Origin: the human T2T-CHM13v2.0 reference genome, Homo sapiens
DNA: 64,000 nt
Strand: one strand, 5' to 3'
Assembly: GCF_009914755.1 (NCBI RefSeq)
Contig: NC_060931.1
Made by a program: the position numbers and the translations under genes. Below the pieces are notes generated by a model, which did not search any database, was not told the DNA's origin, and saw nothing but the letters and a program-made list of their open reading frames with translations. Shown one piece after another: positions 56,276 to 64,000 of the stretch (position 1 is its first letter; each line of letters opens with the position of its first letter).

Positions 56276-56639
56276 TCAAATCAACTTATTTATGGAGCTA
56301 CAATTTATGAGAAAGTACAACATTAAGCAAGCCTTGGGAGAAAAATTTCCCAGCATTCAGGAAACTTGCAAATCATTCGTTAGCCCTAGACACAAATGTA
56401 AGAAAATTTTAATAATAAAAATTAAGTCAATGATGAGGGATTTGAAGATTCTTAATATTGTGGACCTAAATGGAGCCTCTATGATCATTAACCCTCCAGT
56501 TACAAATATGGTAAAACAGACATTAAGAAAATTTTAGAAAATTTTCCAAAGAAAATCAGAGTCAGAATTTGACTAGATGGCAGAACGATAAGCTTAAAGC
56601 TCCTTCTCCTTTCTCCTTTGTCACATTGACTTCCTCCTG

Positions 56640-57660
56640 CTCCTACCTGCTAAATATTCTCAAGGGTCTGTTTTCAGCTCTCTTTACCTTTATTTTTATA
56701 TTGCACTCCCGTTGATCCTTTAATTTCAAAGTTGTTATTTCTTTATTCAGTCAGTAAACACTTTTTGAGTGTATACCGTATACCAAGCACTGTTTTATAG
56801 GTGGGTGATACACAGTTAAACCAGAAAGACTAAAAGTCTTCACTCACAGAGCTTACTTTCTACTAATGTCTGTGTACCTGGAAGCCAGATACTGATTTCT
56901 GGAACAAGTATTCTCAGCAGTCCAGACACCATTGCCCTACAACTTCCCTTGCATATCACGACAGTGTCTCAAGCTCAACGTGTCTGTAATCTCCTCTTCT
57001 CTCCAAATCATCTCCTCCTATTTCCCCCAGCCTGAAGATCGTCATTGGCTGTCCTTGTTGAATCTCTAGGTCAACCAATTTGAAAAACTCTAAACTCTTC
57101 CAAATTGACTTTTTCTTAGATCAGTTCAGAATCTCCATGTTTCCTCACTTCTTTGTAATGTCCAGTAGCTTTCTAACTCATCTCTCTACTACAATCCCCA
57201 ACTCTGATGTGTCCTACACATCACTGCCTGGCTAATTTTCCTAAAGCACACCTCCTATACCAACTTTTTCCCAAACACACACACACACTCTCTCTTGCTT
57301 TTCCTTTGATTTCATCTGCCTTTCAAATTAAATGGAAATTCCTCTATCTGGCAGTAAAGACTATTGAAAGCATGGCGCCACCCTCCCTTTCAAATCTGAC
57401 TTCTCCACTACAGGTACCTGTACCTACTCCAGCTGAAGTGGATTTTTGGCTGCTCCTTTGGCAGGCCCTAGTTCTCTACCACTCTGCCTTTGCCCATTGT
57501 GTTTCTATCTGGACTCATTATGCAGCTTTGCCCCACTCCGTACTCATCATCATCCTCTGTGTACAACTCACTCACTGTCTTTTCTAAGACTCCTTTCTCA
57601 TTCTGATCAGCATGATTTTTCCTTCATTTGAGTGTAGTCATCACTCACTGCATTGCATTA
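56640..57660 (+). mobile_element. Degraded L2 (with an opposite-strand L2 tail at ~56740-56860)
   Basis: CTCAAGCTCAACGTGTC, AGTAGCTTTCTAACTCATCTC, CTCTGCCTTTGCCCATTGTGTT. Confidence 0.55.
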
Positions 57661-57674
57661 TGGTCATTCTCTTC

Positions 57675-57960
57675 CTTTTTTATTAAAACAACACGATGGA
57701 TTTTCATAAAATGACACATCCTTATTGAAAAAAAGTATACAGAAGAGTAATGAAAGTAAAAACCACCTGAAGCTGTATCACCCAGAGATATCTGGTTTTG
57801 AACATCCCTCTAGATGTTTCTTTGTGTGTATACACAATTTATGAAGTCTATATATTTTTCCAGAACTGAGATCAAATTCTACCTTTTTTCATGTTGATAT
57901 ATTCTGATGCTCTTTTAATGTTGATCAATAGAAAACTAAGCTATAATTTGCAGTGGCTGC
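57675..57960 (-). mobile_element. Ancient L1ME-like fragment
   Basis: CACCCAGAGATA...TTTTGAACATCCCTCTAGATGTTTCTTTGTG...AACTGAGATCA. Confidence 0.5.
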
Positions 57961-58882
57961 AAGGTATCTCATCATTTGGCTTTACCATAATTTTTTGCTT
58001 TTTGTTGTTGATTTTTTTTTTTAGCTTGTGTTCCTCCCAGTAGAAGATGAGAGGAGGAGGTGCTTAGCATGTGTTCTGCCCATGTGCTTAGCACAGTCTT
58101 GTAAAATGCAAGTGAGCAGTCTGTCATGGTCCTTGACAGGGACTGTTTGTGACTTATCACTCCATGCGGTTTGGGACCTGGGAAAATGTTTAGAGATCTT
58201 GAGAACAGGTTAGAGAGGATTGACCTAAAGTCCCATAGTAAAATTTTAGCCTTTAAAAAAAACAATTATTACTGCTTTGAACAGCCTTATGCCCCCATTG
58301 CCTGTAAGAAAGCCATTCATTATTTCTTGTTACATAATCTGCAGAGAGCTTATTCACTTAGAAAGCAGTGCATTCATCATAGCTTCTATCTTATGAGTAG
58401 CTAAAAGCAGAATCTGTTCTGCATCTTTGAGGCATTCTTCGCAGCACAGACCTCATGCTATCACTAATTAGCCAGAGCATTCCCAGCCAAAAATCCCAGT
58501 GCCTGTCCTTGACAAAAAAGTCTGTTTTTTCCACAGTAAGGGTGAAAAGCCTGCCTCTCTGTCTAGGGACATCTCCATAAGACAAGCAAAAATAGGGTGG
58601 TGGTGAGCTCTCAGATCAGCCAGCGCAATGAAACAGACTGCAGCCTCTTAGGAGACTTACTGTTTGCTGCCTCCCTTTCTCTGCAAAGTGGGATCTCCAT
58701 TAGACGATGCCTTTGTACTCTGACAAAATACCTAACCACCATGAGACAAGCCACTTCTGCATTATTCTGTACATTGTTCCTATCCATTCCCCATTTTTGG
58801 CTTCAGAAGTCATCCCCTAGCCAACTTCCAGCCACTTGCATTAATGATGAATGCGATTAGCAGCCTATGCTAGTCCATTAGG

Positions 58883-58908
58883 GAAAAGAAAGAAAGAAAG
58901 AAAGAAAA
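58883..58908. repeat. (GAAA)n short STR
   Basis: Directly visible. Confidence 0.9.
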
Positions 58909-60413
58909 ACCATGAGATTGTTTGCTTGTCACTGGGAAGTGAAGCTTGACGGGAACATCCTCACTGTCCCTCCCCACCGCCCCTCCTGCCATGTGCCTGT
59001 GATCTGTGCGCATGTGCTCATGGTTGCCCGTGTTCCATGGCTCTGCCATTTGCTCAGTGGGGGGACGTTTTCTTAGCTGAGCAGTGCACCACTCTGCCTG
59101 AGGGATTGAGAACATATTGCTTGGCAGGTGGGCCTACTCAGACGCACTGACTGTTGTTTCAGCACTGACAGGGAACATACATCATGCAGGCCCATTATGC
59201 CAGCATAAATCCATGGTAACCTGTTCAAAGGGCTGCAACCAGCAAACAACGTGTTTGGGTCTTAATAGGTGATATTTTTGAAACATATAATTGGGATCTG
59301 AGAAGTAATTCTGGATGACAAGCCACTCCTTCTGCCATCCTAACAGAAGCTGGGCCTACAGCAAAATACCACTCCTGTCATGCTGCACAAAGATGACTGC
59401 CATTCCAGCTCAGCTCCAGGCTGCTGTGCACGGCGCCAACGGTGCCAAGAGCTTGTCTGTGCAGGGAAAAGAGCCCTCAGGTTTGAGGGCTTTCCTTTGT
59501 GCCTTGTTGCTCTGGACTGCTGGCAAAAGGAGCTCCTAGGATTGTTGATAGACAATGTCAGAGCCTCTTTCTTCAGCCTACTATTACAAGTTTGAAAGGG
59601 ATCTAGAGTTTGTTTGGCGTTGGGTAGTGGACAGATAATCCTCAAAGCAGAGGGTTCTGATCAAAGCTATCTTTCATATCCCCCACTGGCCTCCAGTAGG
59701 AGAATGAGATATTAATAAAGTCCTTGAACCGAGTGTGAAGGGGCTTGGTATCACTAGCCTTGCTGGCTGCTTCCCTACACAGAAGCCAGACATGTGGTGC
59801 CAGCACCTTGGAGATATAGTGGGTAAAGTCTGGCACAGCCCTGGTCACAAAAAACACTTTTTCCCTGCGTTTCTAGGATGAGGAGGTGAATGATTAGTTT
59901 ACACGAGTTTCCATCCATTGGAGTCATGATACAGTTTCCTTACAACACACTTGCTCCATGACTCATGTTCTGCATTCCTGTTGTGCAGACTCTCACAAGA
60001 TGCACCTCACCGCACATAATCATCTGTTGCTTTCTGCTTATCCACTAAACTGTTCTCCCTAAAGACAAGTACCATACTTTATTTGTACATAGCCAAGTGC
60101 TAGTTTCATGGGAGACACAGAAGGACTGAAGAAAGGAAGATGTTCATTCATAAAAAGAAAAGCCACAAGGAGGTCATTGTGGAGTTGTTGACTTTTTTAT
60201 CTTCTTGATTTCTAAGAATCATAACATGGGTATTTCAGTATGACTTGCCAATTAAATTACAACTGGGTGGCAATAATATATTATTTAACTCTCATTCTGC
60301 CACACAATTAAACAAGTATCAACACAACCCAATATGCATGCTACACAGCATCTGCACTTTTCTCTTGCTACAACAGAAGTAGTTTCCTTAAAGCAAATTA
60401 GAAAATAGTCTCA

Positions 60414-60740
<327 letters not shown>

Positions 60741-60824
60741 CTACCACTCCACCAGTTTCACCACTTTCTTGTTTCTACTCAACAGTATGGTTACTTACAA
60801 CACAGAGATTTGCCAGCCCAGGTT

Positions 60825-60966
60825 TCATAGAAACATAGACGTTGGTCCTCTGTCCCCAGATATTCTAGTTATAAGGCCTATACGGGAGCCTGGGATTATA
60901 CTTTGAAAATGCTTTTCAGGTGGCTTAGATGCAGCCAGTCTGTGGACTCTGGTTTGGGAAGCACTG
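60825..60966. mobile_element. MER5A-like fragment
   Basis: CCCCAGATATTCT...CAGGTGGCTTAGATGCAGCCAGTCTGTGGAC...TTTGGGAAGCACTG. Confidence 0.65.
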
Positions 60967-61199
60967 ATTAGAAGCATACAATACTGAGAAGCCCAGTAGT
61001 TCCCTCAGTCTTTCCACTGCCATGTGCCCTCTATATGTCTTCCCTGGGCCATCTGTCTAAAAATGCCTGATGTCTTAGACAGAGGCTCTGAGGAGCCTTA
61101 AGAGCTCCTTGCAAGACATAAAACCAAGACGCTTTTTGGTATGGAAGGGAAATATCATTTAGCACATCTCCATGTCCATCATCAGTTCTACTTCTGAAA

Positions 61200-61443
61200 T
61201 ATTATTTAAAAACACATTTATTGAAATACGATTCACTTATGAAGTTCATCCTCATAAAGTATACAATTTATTGATTTTTGGTATATTGACAGCCATTTAG
61301 TAAATTGTACAACCATCACCACTATCTAATTCTAGAACATTTTCATCAACTAAAAAGAATCCCCAGGCTCATTCCCTCCTACCCAGACCCTGGCAATCAC
61401 TAATCTACTATCTCTGTGGATTTGCCTATTCTGAACATTTCAT
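61200..61443 (-). mobile_element. L1MB-like 3' terminus
   Basis: TTTATTGAAATACGATTCAC...TTGTACAACCATCACCACTATCTAATTCTAGAACATTTTCATCA...GATTTGCCTATTCTGAACATTTCAT. Confidence 0.85.
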
Positions 61444-61779
61444 CTCTGAAATATCCTAAAGTGACTGAACGTAAGTCCAGTTATATCTGCAAGTGTCTCT
61501 AAAAATGTTTTTTTCTAATATTCCATTGGGGGTTGCTGGTTCTTACATCTTTTATAGTCAGAAAGGCTTCACTTATCTCTAACTTTTACCTACATTACCC
61601 TTCTATAACATTAACTCATATTCCCTTGTCTTCTCTGCCTCTCTCTCATCATTTTACCAACACTCAAATTCTTTATAAATTCAAACATCATTATCAAGTC
61701 ACCTCCCGACTTTTCTGTAGGATGAATGATCTGAACAGTCCTATGCCCCTTCCCAGATTTACCCAATATTTCCTCCTAT

Positions 61780-63260
61780 TTCTTCTTATTTAAATAACCA
61801 AGTGTTCACCCTTTTCTCTAAGGTGGATGCCTTCATTTGTGCCCTCTTTTTTATTCTCTTTCTCCTGTTCTAGAACCTGGCTTTGGACTGCATCTTCATT
61901 TTCTTTCTTCAACCTACAGTAATACTCCACGTTCACACTTTTTAAAAAATACCTCTATCCTGCTGCCTCCTCAAGCTACCATTCTCTTTTTCTCATTCTC
62001 TTCACTGCCAAACCTTTTGAAAGCACAGTTTGCTCTCTCTGTTGGTGCTTCTTTTCCACTCACTCCCACTTCACTTCTTGCAGCCATGACTCTGCTCCCG
62101 TTACTTTACAGAAATGTCTCTCCTTGTAGTTCATGGCATCAAGCCCAGTACCCTTCCCTGACCCCATTCCCTGAGACCTCTAGGTAACCTGGAGCTCAGT
62201 TGACTATTCCTCCATCGTGAAGCACTCTTTTTCCTTTGGCTTCTCTGGCACTCCACATTATCCGGCTACTTTTGGCTCCAGTGTTTAGTGCCTTCCCAAA
62301 TATGGGTGCCCACTCTTTTATCTGTCTATTTTCTCCCTTTCCAGCCTCATAACACCATCTGGCTCCTAACTATGTGGATAACTTCCAAAACTATCTTCAC
62401 CACTTGGATGTCCTGCCAGCTCTTTAGACTCATTGCTCAAAACAGAACTCAAACCCTGACAGGCTTTCCGTCTTTCCTAATGTTGGCCATAATGTGACCC
62501 AAGGTTGCAAATTTGACTTTTTTCTTTCTGTCTCTATCACCTCCTTGGTTGCCAAGATGACAAGCCATCATGTATATAATAGCTTTTTTATTCTATTGAA
62601 GCTGTATTTCTTCATCCATCGTCTCTACTTCTCAATGTCATTGCCCAGGTCCAGGCTTTCATTGGCTCTCATTTGGACTATCACCAGACCATTCGATCTC
62701 TGCTCATTCCATCTTCTACGTTACGGCCAGATAGCAGTCCTCCTTCAACACATATGTCATATCCCTAGGCAGCAATCTTTCAAATTCTTCTAAGCCTACT
62801 GAATACATCCTAAACGCCTTATCCTAAATTACAAGGCCTTCTATATTATTTTCCATTCCTTCATATTCTGTATGTTCTGTCCTAAGCAAAGCACTGATCA
62901 TTCTTTCACCTCCACAATTTCTCATTTACAGGACCTTTCTTGTCCTGTATTCTTTTATCTAAAATGATGTCCTTTATTTCTGCCAACATGATTCTATGTG
63001 TTGAAATCCTCTCATCCTTCAAATTCTTTCTCTTCCATGAAATCTTAGAACAGTATTTCTCTCTCCTTTGATTTTCCAAAATTGTATGAGGTGGCGGGGG
63101 TGTGGAGGGTAGGAAAGGACATTTAGCACTTTGTCTTGTATTTCCATTATTTATGTGCTTGTCTTATCCAGTCCCGCCTTGGATTTTCATTGTTATAACT
63201 CCTGTGACTGCTGATAAAGTATCTTAAATATAGTATATCCTGAATAAATGTTTCTTCAGT
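61780..63260 (+). mobile_element. Degraded L2 body and 3' end
   Basis: TGAAGCACTCTTTTCCTTTGGCTTC, CCACTTGGATGTCC, TCTCATTTGGACTA, CAAGGCCTTC, ending GAATAAATGTTT...GTGAATGAAT. Confidence 0.6.
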
Positions 63261-63444
63261 GAATGAATTTTTTAACTTCTATAAAATATAGAAGATGTAA
63301 AAAACTAAACTTGTAGATGACAGGCTTTATGTCAGTGTCAAGAGAGTTCTCAGTAGTTTCCACACTATTATTATTTTCAGTCAATCTAGGTACAAGGCTG
63401 AGGTGAAAGAAGCTTGAGAGAATTGTAGCAAACCTGCCATCATC

Positions 63445-63640
63445 TTCATATTGTAATGCCTTTGCATTTGCATAATATTTTATACCATTATAAGATACTT
63501 TCACATCTTATCTGACCCTCTCTATACTTATTTTAGGTTAGAAAGAGATAGTTATCCTAATATCCATTTCATAATGAGGAAAGTGTATTCTGGGCAGTTT
63601 TAATGACTTAATTAACTAACGTCAGGTTATTGATTAGGGG
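63445..63640 (-). mobile_element. MIR fragment
   Basis: ATCCATTTCATAATGAGGAAAGTG...TTTAATGACTT. Confidence 0.5.
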
Positions 63641-63654
63641 CAGACCTGGACAAG

Positions 63655-63860
63655 GGGACCTGTTGGCTGTCTTTAAATATTTGAAGAACTATCATGTCAA
63701 AGAAAATTAAATCTTTTTTTTTATTCTTTATTTCCTCAGAGGACTAGAACAAACACAAGTGAATTCAAACTCAATGAGGAGATAAATAGTTTAACTATCA
63801 GATCCACTTCAAGATGATATTGGCTGCCTCTGTTGTTCAAGAGGAGCTCAGGGAGAGCAA
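63655..63860 (+). mobile_element. L3/CR1-like fragment
   Basis: GCTGTCTTTAAATATTTGAAGAACTATCATGTCAAAGA...CAGAGGACTAGAAC...TGGCTGCCT. Confidence 0.55.
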
Positions 63861-64000
63861 GCTGGCCAACCAGGTAGAGGACAGTTTGTTGGAAAGAGCC
63901 TCCCAAAAAGTATAGGTTAACCAAGCTCCCTTCTAATTTTGCAATTTTGACTTTCTTTTTAGGTCAGCACTGTGTTACTACCCTGCATAATCTAAGTTTT

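Noticed and set aside
61086-61097. CTCTGAGGAGCC matching the start of the duplicated 33-mer
   Set aside because: Only 12 bp with no further homology; likely chance

Overview
Human non-coding genomic DNA: Alu, THE1 and L1PA insertions show it is primate, and an L1Hs-Ta copy points to human. I cannot name the locus. I find no supportable host protein-coding exon, RNA gene, CpG island or CRISPR-type array. The supplied ORFs are decayed L1 ORF2 fragments, Alu/LTR/microsatellite read-throughs or short chance ORFs. Much of the window is interspersed repeat: 15 Alu/FRAM copies, old L1M pieces, L2, MIR, L3, four solo MaLR LTRs and hAT MITEs. Between them lie repeat-poor blocks rich in TAAT and TALE motifs that look like conserved enhancers (inference). 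Old L1s and LTRs lie mostly on the minus strand, suggesting an intron of a plus-strand transcript. The main observations are: (1) a ~290-bp cluster of nested palindromes at 52070-52362 containing a patch whose 33-bp core recurs exactly 3478 bp downstream; (2) a ~140-bp L1Hs-Ta insertion with a perfect 20-bp TSD; (3) a twin-primed, 5'-inverted L1PA nested in an older L1M; and (4) AluYd- and AluYe-lineage copies. Repeat family names come from recalled consensus sequences, and boundaries of old repeats are approximate. I see no evidence of a new gene system. The best candidates for novelty are structural or regulatory.
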